From: Opitutales bacterium
GTDB lineage: Bacteria; Verrucomicrobiota; Verrucomicrobiia; Opitutales; JABSRG01
Direction of reading: 5' to 3'
Length of the DNA stretch: 47,790 nt
Assembly: GCA_049599475.1 (NCBI GenBank)
Contig: JBMYOQ010000025.1
Span: forward strand, 1 to 47,790
The notes below the pieces were generated by a model. It worked only from the letters and a program-made list of their open reading frames with translations. It had not been told where the DNA came from and did not search any database. A program made the position numbers and the translations under genes. Each line of letters begins with the position of its first letter. Position 1 is the first letter of the stretch. Positions 9,465 through 20,422 of the stretch are shown one piece after another.

Positions 9465-11327
9465 ATGTCCGACTCGCAGTATACCGAAGACAATATTCGC
9501 TCTCTTAAATGGAATGAACACATCCAGATGCGACCAGGGATGTACATCGGTAAACTCGGAAATGGGTCGCAGCCCGACGATGGTGTCTATGTCCTGCTGA
9601 AGGAAATCATCGATAACTGTATCGACGAATACACCATGGGCTTCGGTAAGCGCGTGGATATCGATATCGACAATGAAGGCCAAGTAACCGTCCGAGACTA
9701 CGGTCGTGGCATTCCTTTGGGTAAGGTCACTGCCGTGGTGAGCCAGATCAACACAGGGGGTAAGTATGACTCTCGTGCCTTCAAAAAATCTGTCGGGATG
9801 AACGGAGTCGGCACTAAGGCAGTGAACGCTCTTTCGACCTGGTTCAAAGTAGAATCCTTCCGCGATGGCAAGACACGCTCGGCCGAATTCTCTGGTGGCG
9901 AAACCCTCAAAGAAGATAAGCGCGACAAAGCCACAGACGAAAAGAACGGCACGCGTATCATCTACCGAGCCAACGACGAGATTTTCAAAAATTACCGCTA
10001 CGAGACTGAATATATCGCCGAGCGCTTACGCCACTACGCGTGCCTCAATACCGGCCTGAAACTCTACCTCAACGGCAAAGAGTTTTCCTCGAAGAATGGC
10101 CTACTCGATTTGCTCAACGAGAAACTGGGATCCGACGAACCACCGCTCTACCCGCCGATCCACCTCAAAGGCGACGACATCGAGGTCGCGATCACTCACG
10201 GTAATCACTATGGCGAAGACTACTACTCCTTCGTAAACGGCCAGCACACCACCCAGGGCGGCACTCATGAAGCCGCCTTCAAAACAGCCTTCGTCAAAAC
10301 GATCCGCGAACACTTTAAGAAAGATTTCGAAGCCAAAGACATCCGCACGTCGATCACTGCAGCGGTAGCGATCAAGGTCTCAGAACCCGTTTTTGAATCC
10401 CAGACCAAGACCAAGCTCGGTAGCACCGAAATGGAGCCTGTAGGCCAGAGCCTAAGCGGGTTTATCAACAACTTCCTAGCAACCGAGCTCGACAACTTTC
10501 TCCATCGCAACCCGAAGGTTGCCGAGGAAATGCAGAAGAAGATTCTGCAAAACGAGAAGGAGCGGACGGCTCTCAAGGGCATTCAAAAGCTCGCCCGCGA
10601 CCGTGCGAAAAAAGCCAAGGTAAACAACCGGAAGCTGCGCGATTGCACCGTCCACTACACGACGACCAAAGATCCACGCTCGGAAGAAACTACGCTGTTT
10701 ATCACCGAGGGCGATTCCGCCAGCGGCTCCATCACTTCAGCGCGCGACGTCGATACCCAAGCCGTCTTCGGCCTAAAAGGTAAGCCCCTCAATGCATTTG
10801 GACTGACCAAGAAAGTCGTCTACGAAAATGAGGAATTCAACCTCCTGCAGCATGCGCTAGATATCGAAGATTCCTTGGAGAACCTTCGTTACAACCGCGT
10901 CGTCATAGCGACCGACGCCGACGTCGACGGCTTCCACATTCGCATGCTGTTGATCACTTTCTTCCTTCAGTTCTTCCCAGATTTGGTCCGCAAAGGTCAC
11001 CTCTACATTTTACAGACTCCGCTCTTCCGCGTCCGCAACAAGAAGGAGACGATCTACTGCTACAATGATGAAGAGCGTATCGCTGCGATCGCGAAGCTCG
11101 GCAAAAACCCGGAAATCACCCGCTTCAAAGGACTCGGGGAAATCGATCCGAGTGAGTTCAAAAACTTCATCGGCTGGGACATGCGCCTAGACCTCGTGCA
11201 CATCGGCCCCAATTCGAAGCTCAAGGACACCCTCAGCTTCTTCATGGGCAAAAACACCGAGGACCGCAAACGCTACACCATCGACAATCTCCGCATCGAA
11301 ACCAACGATGTCGAAGTCGCGGTGTAA
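9465..11327 (+). CDS. parE: DNA topoisomerase IV subunit B
   Basis: [56 protein letters not shown]; short ParE-type C-terminus. Confidence 0.88.
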   Translation: MSDSQYTEDNIRSLKWNEHIQMRPGMYIGKLGNGSQPDDGVYVLLKEIIDNCIDEYTMGFGKRVDIDIDNEGQVTVRDYGRGIPLGKVTAVVSQINTGGKYDSRAFKKSVGMNGVGTKAVNALSTWFKVESFRDGKTRSAEFSGGETLKEDKRDKATDEKNGTRIIYRANDEIFKNYRYETEYIAERLRHYACLNTGLKLYLNGKEFSSKNGLLDLLNEKLGSDEPPLYPPIHLKGDDIEVAITHGNHYGEDYYSFVNGQHTTQGGTHEAAFKTAFVKTIREHFKKDFEAKDIRTSITAAVAIKVSEPVFESQTKTKLGSTEMEPVGQSLSGFINNFLATELDNFLHRNPKVAEEMQKKILQNEKERTALKGIQKLARDRAKKAKVNNRKLRDCTVHYTTTKDPRSEETTLFITEGDSASGSITSARDVDTQAVFGLKGKPLNAFGLTKKVVYENEEFNLLQHALDIEDSLENLRYNRVVIATDADVDGFHIRMLLITFFLQFFPDLVRKGHLYILQTPLFRVRNKKETIYCYNDEERIAAIAKLGKNPEITRFKGLGEIDPSEFKNFIGWDMRLDLVHIGPNSKLKDTLSFFMGKNTEDRKRYTIDNLRIETNDVEVAV

Positions 11328-11374
11328 GTCAGCTTTACGAAATTATTCTCCATCATTCAGGGAGAATTTGAAGG

Positions 11375-11439
11375 GTCCACGAAATACACCTAAGATACGA
11401 AACCTGAAAGCTTTCGCGTGTTCAGTATGTTTTGTGGAC
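11375..11439. repeat. Second copy of cacgaa-type palindromic element
   Basis: gtccacgaaatacacctaagatacgaaa / tttcgcgtgttcagtatgttttgtggac. Confidence 0.7.
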
Positions 11440-11575
11440 TCCTCACTCTCAGCTTTCCATGCAAAATGAAAATGCCTTACCGAGCTTAAGCGGCATCAAT
11501 ACTCAGGATTAATTCAGAACTTTAGTCCTCAGTCAGTTTGTATCTGAACGGCCTTTGATTTGCTTCTAAAGCAAT

Positions 11576-12637
11576 ATGAAGGCCTCGATTTTTTTGATAC
11601 TCACCTGCGTTTTCACTCTTTCGCTCCCCGCTCAGACACAGCTGACCGGCACCATCGAAGGCGCTAAATATTCCATTGCTATGCCGGAAGAGCCGATTGG
11701 AAAGGTGCTCCTGTTAGCCCATGGCTACCGTCCCGAGAATTTAGGCCTCAAGGCAGATGCAGGTGCGAGCCACAATCTTTACACTGATTTGGTTGAAGAA
11801 GGCTGGATTGTCGCATCTTCAAGCTACCGGCACAATGGCTGGATCATGGAGGACGCTGCCCAGGATATGATCAACCTGCACGAACTCGTCACGGCTGCCA
11901 CCCACGGGGACCCAGGGGACGTCTACTTGATGGGCAATTCGATGGGCGGCGGCGTATCCACCTTGCTCGCCGAAATTGCTGGAGATCGCTTCAAGGGCGC
12001 ATTGGCGACTGGAGCGTATCTCTTTGAACCCATTCAAAGCGAGACCCACCGCTCCACGACGATCGGGTCTCATTTTTCCCTGCAGCCCCAAATTCCCGTT
12101 CTCTACCTTACGAACACTTCAGAACTCGAAGGGCCCGAGACCTACATCTCAAAAACAGCCTCGGCTCCTATCCAACCCGTGTTGTGGAAGGTGCACCGCG
12201 ACGGCCATGTAAATTTAAACGAGGCCGAGCTACGAGCTGGCCTGATGGCCGTCATCGAATGGGCAGAAACTGGTAAGATTGAAAAAGACAAAGACGCCAC
12301 CATCATCCTCAACCCACCCTCGACCGCAAAATTTTCTGGAGACTCCGCCGAGGGCACCCCAGTTCACCTCGTCGAAGTGTATGGCAATGCGATCAGCAGC
12401 TTCGTCCGCGCAGACATGGAGAAACTCGGGATTCAACTAGGTGACACCTTCCAGCTAACCGCCGAAGGTCAGACCGTGAATGTCCTTTTAGGGTCCAACT
12501 ACAACGACGTCCCGGTTGGTGAATGGGTGAGCTTCTGGGATGCGGATGGCTACCTACTGATCTGCCGGAATTATCGAAATGCGGTAGACTCCCTAGGGCT
12601 CAATAAGGATTCGAAGATCACTATCTCAAAGAAGTAA
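11576..12637 (+). CDS. Secreted alpha/beta hydrolase fused to SAM hydrolase/halogenase C-terminal-like domain
   Basis: Signal peptide; AHGY, GNSMGG, GH motifs; C-terminal YGNAISS..SNYNDVPVGEWVSFWDADGYLLICRNYRNAVDSLGL. Confidence 0.7.
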   Translation: MKASIFLILTCVFTLSLPAQTQLTGTIEGAKYSIAMPEEPIGKVLLLAHGYRPENLGLKADAGASHNLYTDLVEEGWIVASSSYRHNGWIMEDAAQDMINLHELVTAATHGDPGDVYLMGNSMGGGVSTLLAEIAGDRFKGALATGAYLFEPIQSETHRSTTIGSHFSLQPQIPVLYLTNTSELEGPETYISKTASAPIQPVLWKVHRDGHVNLNEAELRAGLMAVIEWAETGKIEKDKDATIILNPPSTAKFSGDSAEGTPVHLVEVYGNAISSFVRADMEKLGIQLGDTFQLTAEGQTVNVLLGSNYNDVPVGEWVSFWDADGYLLICRNYRNAVDSLGLNKDSKITISKK

Positions 12638-12655
12638 TAACAGCCCCTCGGGCCA

Positions 12656-13225
12656 CTATTTTTGCACCGCCATCAGTTGCGAACGCACTTCTAGCAACTT
12701 GCGCTCTAAGAATTCGATTTCTCTGTCTATATTTCTGATCTGCGCCCCTGTTTTGACGCCGGAGCTTGCCTCGTAATGCAGATCGCGCAGGTCCGCGATG
12801 ATCTTCTCAGCCTCTTCTTTCTTGTTCTTAGCAAAAGCCACTTCGCTTGGGCTCATATTTGGCAGTTGCTCTACAAAGGTCCGATCACTCGTTGAAAGCG
12901 TATCGAAATAGATTACGTGCTCCATATCAGAGTCCGATCGCTTCACATAGATCCGATCTTCCGCACGGCCATGAATGATAAACTGGACTGAGCGCCCCTC
13001 AACATCAGTCAAAGTCCTCGTCAGCGGAAAGGTGCTAGGGCCCGCCCAGTGGGCAGGATTCCCATACTTATCTTGGCTCATGCTTGCTGAAGCCCCCGGA
13101 GCAGGTTCAGAGAGCTGAGCATCCTGGAAGGATTTCAAAACTGGAAGGCCATATACATAGATGACGTAGCCCCTTGCCCCAATGACAGCGAGAAACACAG
13201 TGAGTCCAATTAATCGAGAGAACAT
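12656..13225 (-). CDS. Membrane-anchored protein with SHD1-like domain and C-terminal coiled coil
   Basis: N-terminal hydrophobic segment; RTLTDVEGR...VKRSD...LSTSDRTFV pattern; start at 13225 inferred. Confidence 0.55.
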   Translation of the reverse strand: MFSRLIGLTVFLAVIGARGYVIYVYGLPVLKSFQDAQLSEPAPGASASMSQDKYGNPAHWAGPSTFPLTRTLTDVEGRSVQFIIHGRAEDRIYVKRSDSDMEHVIYFDTLSTSDRTFVEQLPNMSPSEVAFAKNKKEEAEKIIADLRDLHYEASSGVKTGAQIRNIDREIEFLERKLLEVRSQLMAVQK

Positions 13226-13360
13226 TTTGACAACCTCAGAAAGGGGAAAAGAGATGTTTGTTAAGGCAAAAATGCCCGACACTTTTCCCTTATTCAGCAA
13301 TTCGAATGCCTCTGGCAACACCGAATTCCCCAAGAATCCCTTGAGATTTCCTTATCAAAA

Positions 13361-14527
13361 TCAAAACGGTGGACGCGTGCGTAGGTCCGGCACACAGCGA
13401 TCAATCGGAATATTCACCCAGAAAAGTGACCCTGCTCCGAGCTTACTCTTCACACCCATGGTCGCTCCAATTTTCTTCCCAAGTTTGCCTACTATCGCGA
13501 GGCCAAGACCGTTGGCTTTTTCGCCACCCGTTGGCTCAGTATCCAGGCGCGCGTAGCCGACAAACAGCTTCTTTTGATCCTCTTCAGAAATACCAGGGCC
13601 CGAGTCTTTCACCGCAAATTGAATACTAGAATCGATCACGCGGACCTGGACGAGAATATCTCCGCCTAGCGGCGAATATTTTATACCGTTGGATAAAAGG
13701 TTCGCGAAGAGCTGAAGCAGTACATTTGCGTCCGACTGCACAACCGGAAGCCCTGCCTCGATTCGCACTTCAAGCTTCTGCTCTTTCTTGATTGAGGACT
13801 CTTCGTTGAGACGGATCACGTTTTCCGCCACTGCCGCGACATCAGTCTCGGCAATCTTTATATCAAAGGCCTCCTGCTCGATCTTAGAGATATCCAGAAA
13901 ATTGTTCAGGAGGGTCGTCATATACTGACTGGTCTCGAGAATATACTTCAGGTACTTCTCTCGTTTCTCCCCATCGAGCTTTGTGTTCAGGAGCATCAAT
14001 TCGGCAAAACCGTTGATACCGCTCAAAGGATTGCGTAAATCATGAGCAGCGATTCCCAGGAATTCATCCTTTTTCTTGTTCAAGGATTCCAACTTGGCAT
14101 TCGCCTGGGTGAGCGACTGTCGGGCTCTCCGCAACTCGATATGGTTGCGGATACGATATCCCAACTCAATAAAATCGAAAGGTTTGGTGATGAAATCGAC
14201 GGCTCCCGCATCCAGAGCACTCACCAGCTCATCGCGCGTGGCTCCACCCGATATGATGATTATGGGAATATTCGCCGTAGCTTCGGTCGCTTGGACCTGC
14301 CTGCAAAACTCTAAGCCATCATCCACCGCCATTTGGAAATCATAGAGAATCAAATCTGGCTGCGATTCGACCGCGGTAATCAAGGCCTGCTGAGTGTCCA
14401 CCTCAGCCATTACCCGGCAATTGTGTGGCTCCAGCGCCTGGGCTAGTATGCGATTACCCAAGGCGGAATCATCCACCACTAGAATTAGGGCTTCCTTTAA
14501 ATCGACCTCTGGGATTTGCGGTAACAT
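13361..14527 (-). CDS. Hybrid response regulator/sensor histidine kinase (REC-HisKA-HATPase)
   Basis: ILVVDD, DFITKP, AHDLRNPL, NLLSNGIKYS, DSGPGI, GLGLAIV; start at 14527 inferred. Confidence 0.9.
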   Translation of the reverse strand: MLPQIPEVDLKEALILVVDDSALGNRILAQALEPHNCRVMAEVDTQQALITAVESQPDLILYDFQMAVDDGLEFCRQVQATEATANIPIIIISGGATRDELVSALDAGAVDFITKPFDFIELGYRIRNHIELRRARQSLTQANAKLESLNKKKDEFLGIAAHDLRNPLSGINGFAELMLLNTKLDGEKREKYLKYILETSQYMTTLLNNFLDISKIEQEAFDIKIAETDVAAVAENVIRLNEESSIKKEQKLEVRIEAGLPVVQSDANVLLQLFANLLSNGIKYSPLGGDILVQVRVIDSSIQFAVKDSGPGISEEDQKKLFVGYARLDTEPTGGEKANGLGLAIVGKLGKKIGATMGVKSKLGAGSLFWVNIPIDRCVPDLRTRPPF

Positions 14528-14742
14528 ATGAGCTTTGCGGCAACGATTCCTTAATTCGTCGGCTCTACAGCCAACCTGAGCACTCTCGAGCAATCTATTT
14601 GGATTAATTTTTCTAATACAACGCCGATTTCCTTTAATACTCGGAAGCATACCATCCAGATGCATGGTATTTCCTTCCCACCTGGAGTATAGTTAATTAG
14701 GAGCGATAATGAGCTTCGGAGAATCTCACCGCGCGTCGTCTT

Positions 14743-15498
14743 ATGAAAATTCCGTCTCTGATAAAAAAATACCTTATGGCTCTCACTGGACTAGCCCTCG
14801 TGGGCTTTGTTGTCGGGCATATGCTTGGCAATCTCCAGATCTATCTAGAGCCCTACTACATTAACGCTTACGCCCTTAAACTTAAGGACCTCGGCCCATT
14901 CCTTTGGCTCATACGCTTTGCCTTACTCGCAATCGTCGGTGTGCATATTTGGATGGCGATTGCCCTCACCTTGGAGAACAAGAAGGCACGTCCCGAGACC
15001 TACAAGGCGGATGCAACTGTCCAGGCTACCTATGCCTCACGCACCATGCCGATCTCCGGCATGATCCTGCTGGCATTTATCCTGTTCCACATTGCTCACT
15101 TCACCGTGCGCAACGTTCCTGGGCACGATTACGATACTGCGATCCAAATGGCGGACGGCACCGTATACGAAGCCCATGTGCCTCTCGTGCACTCGGGCGA
15201 AGAAGCTGTCGAGGGCACCAAGATCGTCCACGACGTCCACACGATGATGGTCGCAGGGTTCTCCTACTGGTGGATCTCTATTTTCTACATCATCGGCATG
15301 GCCCTGCTATGCATGCACCTATCTCACGGCATCAGCAGCATGTTCCAATCGCTTGGTTTGCGCAACCGAACCTGGCGAGCTCGCCTAGACCCTTTGGCGA
15401 AGGCCGTTGGGATCATTCTTTTCATCGGATTTGCGTCCATCCCAGTTGCTGTTTTGGCAGGCGTGGTTACCGTTCAAGGAATACCAGTCGCAGGCTAA
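14743..15498 (+). CDS. sdhC: Succinate dehydrogenase cytochrome b subunit
   Basis: KKYLMALTG, HMLGNL, HI, FHIAHF, HLSHG..FQSLG; precedes sdhA. Confidence 0.93.
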   Translation: MKIPSLIKKYLMALTGLALVGFVVGHMLGNLQIYLEPYYINAYALKLKDLGPFLWLIRFALLAIVGVHIWMAIALTLENKKARPETYKADATVQATYASRTMPISGMILLAFILFHIAHFTVRNVPGHDYDTAIQMADGTVYEAHVPLVHSGEEAVEGTKIVHDVHTMMVAGFSYWWISIFYIIGMALLCMHLSHGISSMFQSLGLRNRTWRARLDPLAKAVGIILFIGFASIPVAVLAGVVTVQGIPVAG

Positions 15499-15534
15499 GA
15501 TCCTGAATAACAACGTGTTCAACACCATAGAGCC

Positions 15535-17472
15535 ATGAATTTAGATTCCAAAACACCCGACGGCCCAATCGAAGAACGCTGGGCAAACCACAAGTTCAAC
15601 CTCAAGCTGGTCAACCCTGCTAACAAGCGCAAATACAGCGTTATCGTTGTAGGCTCTGGACTCGCAGGAGCCGCCGCAGCCGCATCTCTTGGAGAACTCG
15701 GCTACAACGTGAAGTGCTTCTGTTATCAGGACAGCCCGCGACGCGCTCACTCGATCGCAGCCCAGGGAGGAATCAATGCAGCCAAGAATTACAAGAACGA
15801 TGGCGATAGCGTCTACCGCCTTTTCTACGACACTGTAAAAGGCGGCGACTTCCGCGCTCGCGAATCTGATGTGCACCGCCTGGCCGAAGTCTCGGTAAAC
15901 ATCATTGACCAATGTGTCGGCCAAGGCGTCCCATTTGCCCGTGAATATGGAGGCCTGCTCGACAACCGCTCATTCGGCGGAGCGCAGGTTTCACGCACAT
16001 TCTACGCACGTGGTCAGACAGGTCAGCAGCTCCTACTCGGTGCCTACAGCGCCCTGAGCCGCCAGATTTCAACAGGCCAGGTGAAGATGTATAACCGTCA
16101 TGAAATGCTCGAGCTCGTCACCCGCGACGGCAAGGCAGTGGGCATCGTCACCCGCAATATGGTAACCGGTGAAATCGAATCCTGGGCAGCGGACGCCGTT
16201 CTCCTGTGCACAGGCGGTTACTCGAACGTTTACTACCTTTCCACCAACGCGATTGGCTGTAACGTAACAGCCGCTTACCGTGCCTACAAAAAGGGAGCCG
16301 GATTCGCGAATCCTTGCTACACGCAGATCCACCCGACCTGTATTCCAGTCCACGGTGACCAGCAGTCCAAGCTCACACTCATGTCCGAGTCCCTGCGTAA
16401 CGACGGCCGTGTTTGGGTGCCGAAGAAGGCCGAGGATTGTGAAAAGAATCCTGAGGACATTCCAGAGGAAGATCGCGACTACTATCTCGAGCGCAAATAC
16501 CCAAGCTTTGGTAATTTGGCTCCGCGCGACATCTCCAGCCGGGCCGCCAAGGAAGCCTGTGACGAGGGTCGCGGCGTAGGTCCAAAGGTCGGCGGCGAAC
16601 GTCGCGGTGTCTATCTCGACTTCTCAGATGCCATCAAGCGCCTCGGCGAAGACAAGATCCGCGAGCGCTACGGCAACCTCTTTGATATGTATGAGTGCAT
16701 CACTGGGGAAAACGCTTACAAGCGCCCGATGCGCATCTACCCTGCCCTTCACTACACTATGGGCGGCCTCTGGGTAGACTACAATTTGCAGACGACCATC
16801 CCAGGTTGCTTCTCGCTCGGAGAGGCAAACTTCTCGACCCACGGCGCGAACCGTCTCGGTGCCTCTGCGCTCATGCAAGGTCTTGCAGATGGATACTTCG
16901 TCATCCCTTACACGGTCGGTGACTACCTGGCTCGGATACCACTCGGCGAAGCGGGCCAAAACAGCCCTGATGCTCCAGAATTTAAGGAAGCCGAAGCCGC
17001 TGTTAAAGCGCGCATCGATAAGCTCCTGAACATCAAAGGCAAAAAGAGCGCACGTGCCTTCCAGAAGGATCTCGGAATCATCATGTGGGAGTATGCCGGA
17101 ATGGCTCGCACCAAGGAAGGTCTCGAGGAAGCGATTGAAAAAATCCAGGCCCTTCGCAAGGATTTCTGGGAGAATGTCGGAGTCCCAGGCACGAGCGAGC
17201 AACTCAACATTGAGCTCGAGCGCGCCGGACGCGTAGCTGACTTCATGGAATTTGGTGAGCTTCTCTGCCGCGATGCCCTCGACCGGGAAGAGTCCTGCGG
17301 AGGCCACTTCCGCGTGGAACACCAATCTGAAGAAGGTGAGGCTGTTCGCGACGACGAAAACTTCGCACACGCATCTGTATGGGAATACAAGGGCGATGAT
17401 GTCCCACCTGCAAAACACAAGGAAGAGCTCGATTTCGAATACGTGAAATTGGCCGTCCGCTCCTACAAGTAA
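15535..17472 (+). CDS. sdhA: Succinate dehydrogenase/fumarate reductase flavoprotein
   Basis: [45 protein letters not shown]. Confidence 0.96.
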   Translation: MNLDSKTPDGPIEERWANHKFNLKLVNPANKRKYSVIVVGSGLAGAAAAASLGELGYNVKCFCYQDSPRRAHSIAAQGGINAAKNYKNDGDSVYRLFYDTVKGGDFRARESDVHRLAEVSVNIIDQCVGQGVPFAREYGGLLDNRSFGGAQVSRTFYARGQTGQQLLLGAYSALSRQISTGQVKMYNRHEMLELVTRDGKAVGIVTRNMVTGEIESWAADAVLLCTGGYSNVYYLSTNAIGCNVTAAYRAYKKGAGFANPCYTQIHPTCIPVHGDQQSKLTLMSESLRNDGRVWVPKKAEDCEKNPEDIPEEDRDYYLERKYPSFGNLAPRDISSRAAKEACDEGRGVGPKVGGERRGVYLDFSDAIKRLGEDKIRERYGNLFDMYECITGENAYKRPMRIYPALHYTMGGLWVDYNLQTTIPGCFSLGEANFSTHGANRLGASALMQGLADGYFVIPYTVGDYLARIPLGEAGQNSPDAPEFKEAEAAVKARIDKLLNIKGKKSARAFQKDLGIIMWEYAGMARTKEGLEEAIEKIQALRKDFWENVGVPGTSEQLNIELERAGRVADFMEFGELLCRDALDREESCGGHFRVEHQSEEGEAVRDDENFAHASVWEYKGDDVPPAKHKEELDFEYVKLAVRSYK

Positions 17473-17493
17473 TTTTTAAGAGAAGGCCCTATC

Positions 17494-18255
17494 ATGAAAC
17501 TTACACTCAAAGTATGGCGCCAGGCCAATCCGAAATCTGACGGTAAGCTCGTCGACTACACGATCGACAATATCACCGAAGATTCTTCCTTCCTCGAGAT
17601 GCTAGACATTCTCAACGAGGAAATTTTGGCCCAAGGCGGTGAGCCCATCGCATTCGATCACGATTGCCGCGAAGGTATCTGCGGCATGTGCTCATTGACG
17701 ATTAACGGCATCCCACACGGCCCTCGCCGCGCTACGACGGCTTGCCAGCTACACATGCGCGAGTTCAAAGATGGCGAGACTATCACGATCGAGCCATGGC
17801 GAGCACGTCCGTTCCCTGTCCTGCGCGACCTCGTCGTAGATCGTTCAGCTTTCGACAAAATCATCCAAGCCGGCGGCTATATCTCGGTGAATACCGGAGC
17901 CGTTGTAGATGCGAACGCGCTTCCCATCTCTAAGGAGACCGCTGACTGGGCGATGGATGCTGCCGCGTGTATCGGATGTGGCGCCTGCGTAGCCGCATGT
18001 AAAAATGCTTCAGCGATGCTCTTCACTTCTGCGAAAGTGTCTCAACTCAATTCCCTACCTCAAGGTAAGGCAGAGAAGGATAAGCGCACGCTTGCGATGG
18101 TCGGAGCCATGGACGACGCAGGGTTCGGCAACTGCACCAATTACGGCGAATGTGAAGCTGTGTGCCCGAAAGAAATCTCTCTGGATATGATTTCTCAGAT
18201 GAATCGGGACTACGCCGTAGCGTCCACCCGCACTTTTTTGAAAAAAGCCCTCTAA
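17494..18255 (+). CDS. sdhB: Succinate dehydrogenase iron-sulfur subunit
   Basis: [32 protein letters not shown]. Confidence 0.96.
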   Translation: MKLTLKVWRQANPKSDGKLVDYTIDNITEDSSFLEMLDILNEEILAQGGEPIAFDHDCREGICGMCSLTINGIPHGPRRATTACQLHMREFKDGETITIEPWRARPFPVLRDLVVDRSAFDKIIQAGGYISVNTGAVVDANALPISKETADWAMDAAACIGCGACVAACKNASAMLFTSAKVSQLNSLPQGKAEKDKRTLAMVGAMDDAGFGNCTNYGECEAVCPKEISLDMISQMNRDYAVASTRTFLKKAL

Positions 18256-18369
18256 ACCGGTGCTATAGGGTCCAATTCCCTTGTAATTACCCTAGATAAG
18301 TATTGATTATTATCTATCGTCGAGAGACCTGAGACTTTTGGCGAACTTCATAGATATTCAATCCTGTTG

Positions 18370-18400
18370 AAAGCGCGATTCGAGAGAATCGCGCTTTTTT
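18370..18400 (+). terminator. Intrinsic terminator after sdhCAB
   Basis: aaagcgcgattc-gaga-gaatcgcgcttt followed by a T-run. Confidence 0.8.
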
Positions 18401-18478
18401 CGCGCCCTGTGCACAAGAGCCCAAGGCGAATGCGCTTTTAGAATGATCCGGCTCTCCTCCCCCAGCGGAGTGATCAGC

Positions 18479-18517
18479 ATATGGAAAGTTTTCAAAATGA
18501 TTAAAAGCTTTCCATAT
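18479..18517. promoter_or_regulatory. Operator-like inverted repeat
   Basis: atatggaaagtttt-N11-aaagctttccatat (13/14), about 55 bp upstream of the 18573 ATG. Confidence 0.45.
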
Positions 18518-18572
18518 ACGCCGAATCATCCCTTAACAGACGAATAACTCTCAATAACCCCGTTCTCCTATT

Positions 18573-20411
18573 ATGTTACGTGTATCCCTGTTGAAAACCG
18601 TGTTCGCGGCTTTCGTTCTCGCTCTTGTGATTCCAGAAGAGATCGCATTTGCCAAAAAATCATCGAGCTCGAAGAGTTCTAGCAGCCGAAGCAGCAGCTC
18701 CAAGAAATCGAGCTATAAATCAGTCTCTTCAAGCTGGAAGAAACCGAGCTCGTCGAGCAGCAAAAAACCGGCGGCGAAACCCAAAGCAAAGCCCAAGGCC
18801 AGCTCATCCGATTTCTTTAGCCGAAGCACGAGCACAACGGCGAAGCCGAAACCTAAACCGACGGCGAAAACGCCTTCGATGAAACCGTCCACCAAGGCGA
18901 GCCCGGCCTCCTCCAAGCCGACAGTAAAACCCGCCGTAAAACCCAAAGCGACACCAACCGAGAAGAAAACGAGTTCGGGCTTTGGAAAACCGACGACGGC
19001 TTCCTCCTCGTCCTCGAAACCAGGAGCTGCCGCAAAACCCCAACCCACAAAATTTGATCAAGCCCAGTCAAAGAAGTCAGCGAAGGCCTCCCGCGATCAA
19101 TATCTGAAAGAGAAAAATCGCTACGCATCGAGTGCAGAGACAGCTTCCACACCGACCCGCACTGAAGTCGTTCGGGTCTACGAAAGCCACCCTGTATACA
19201 GCCGCTACAGAAGCCGAGGCGTCTACATTGGATACGACGATTACTATCGCGGGCGCACGCGCTATTACAGTCGCTACAATTGGGAGCCACCCTATTACGC
19301 CTACCAATCTCAATCGCGTTTCGGTGTCTGGGATGCCTGGACCTGGTGGTACGTTCTGGAAAATTTAGAAAATCCCCGCTACCTCGCTATGGCCTATCAC
19401 CATCGCTATGATCCCGGCTATCTGGAGTGGCGTCGAGAAGCACGCCGTTTATCATTCGGCAACCCTCCATTGAGGAATCGTCTGCGCGATCTCGACCGCG
19501 CCATCGAGCGCATGGAAGGGACTCCTATGATCCCGGGATATCTCCCCGAGGGCATGGAGCCAGAAGTAGCTATGGCGGCAGATATTGCTGGTGCTCCCGA
19601 GGAGCTAGAAGGCGTAGTCCGCATGGCAACTGCGCAACCCGGCGGCAATTACTTTGTCTACGGTCAAGTGCTTCGCAGCCTGGCCCCAGAATCAATGGAC
19701 GTGGAGATTCTCCAATCAGCCGGCTCGCAAGAGAATCTTCAAAAGCTCGACAATGGCGAAGTGGATATTGCCCTGGCTCAATCAGATATTCTAGGTATCC
19801 GCACCCTCGAATCCGACACGTCCTACCCCATCCAAGCACCCCTTTGGGATGAGTTCATTCACATCATTGCAAACCAAGAGAGTGGCATTCAAAAAATACA
19901 GGACTTAGATCCTGAAAAGCACACGATATGTATCGGCGAGCCCGGATCGGGCAGTGTCGAAACTTGGCGTGGATTCGTGATGGCAGACAAAGAGGCCTAC
20001 GGAGCTATCGAAACACAGAACCTCAACATTTATGAGGCCCGCAATGCCGTATTAGAAGATCCCAACACGGTTATGCTCTACGTAGCCGGACTCGGGGCGG
20101 ACTTCATGGAGGAGACAGACCAAATTTTCGGCGACCAGCTCAGGCTCGTTTTGGTGGATATTCCAGAATTCGAATCGTTCGTGGACAATGATGGCAACCA
20201 AGTCTACACGCGAAAGCCTCTGAAGATAGCCTATCCCAAGCTTCAAAAATCCTGGGGTAGCCTTTCGAAGCTCAACAACTTGTCCGTGACCGCTGTTCTC
20301 GCGGTATCCCCCGATGCCTTTGCGAAAATGGGCGAAACTGAAGCATCCGCCTTTACCTCAACGGCCAGTGAAGCCCGCGAGCTCTTGGCGGAATATCGCG
20401 GTTCGAATTAG
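18573..20411 (+). CDS. Secreted multidomain protein: S/K/P-rich region, Tyr/Trp-rich domain, C-terminal TAXI-type solute-binding domain
   Basis: Signal peptide ending AFA; low-complexity region; FGVWDAWTWWYVL...DPGYLEWRREA; TAXI motifs ATAQPGGNYF, SAGSQENL, DIALAQSD, IGEPGSGS. Confidence 0.75.
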   Translation: MLRVSLLKTVFAAFVLALVIPEEIAFAKKSSSSKSSSSRSSSSKKSSYKSVSSSWKKPSSSSSKKPAAKPKAKPKASSSDFFSRSTSTTAKPKPKPTAKTPSMKPSTKASPASSKPTVKPAVKPKATPTEKKTSSGFGKPTTASSSSSKPGAAAKPQPTKFDQAQSKKSAKASRDQYLKEKNRYASSAETASTPTRTEVVRVYESHPVYSRYRSRGVYIGYDDYYRGRTRYYSRYNWEPPYYAYQSQSRFGVWDAWTWWYVLENLENPRYLAMAYHHRYDPGYLEWRREARRLSFGNPPLRNRLRDLDRAIERMEGTPMIPGYLPEGMEPEVAMAADIAGAPEELEGVVRMATAQPGGNYFVYGQVLRSLAPESMDVEILQSAGSQENLQKLDNGEVDIALAQSDILGIRTLESDTSYPIQAPLWDEFIHIIANQESGIQKIQDLDPEKHTICIGEPGSGSVETWRGFVMADKEAYGAIETQNLNIYEARNAVLEDPNTVMLYVAGLGADFMEETDQIFGDQLRLVLVDIPEFESFVDNDGNQVYTRKPLKIAYPKLQKSWGSLSKLNNLSVTAVLAVSPDAFAKMGETEASAFTSTASEARELLAEYRGSN

Positions 20412-20422
20412 GAAACACCGCA

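Noticed and set aside
16624..17418. 264-aa antisense ORF over sdhA, and similar shadow ORFs such as 14904-15506 and 27504-28253
   Set aside because: They overlap well-supported genes and show no recognisable motifs; expected from codon bias
18655..19080. Repetitive-looking DNA
   Set aside because: Reflects S/K/P/A low-complexity protein coding with varied codons, not a DNA repeat array
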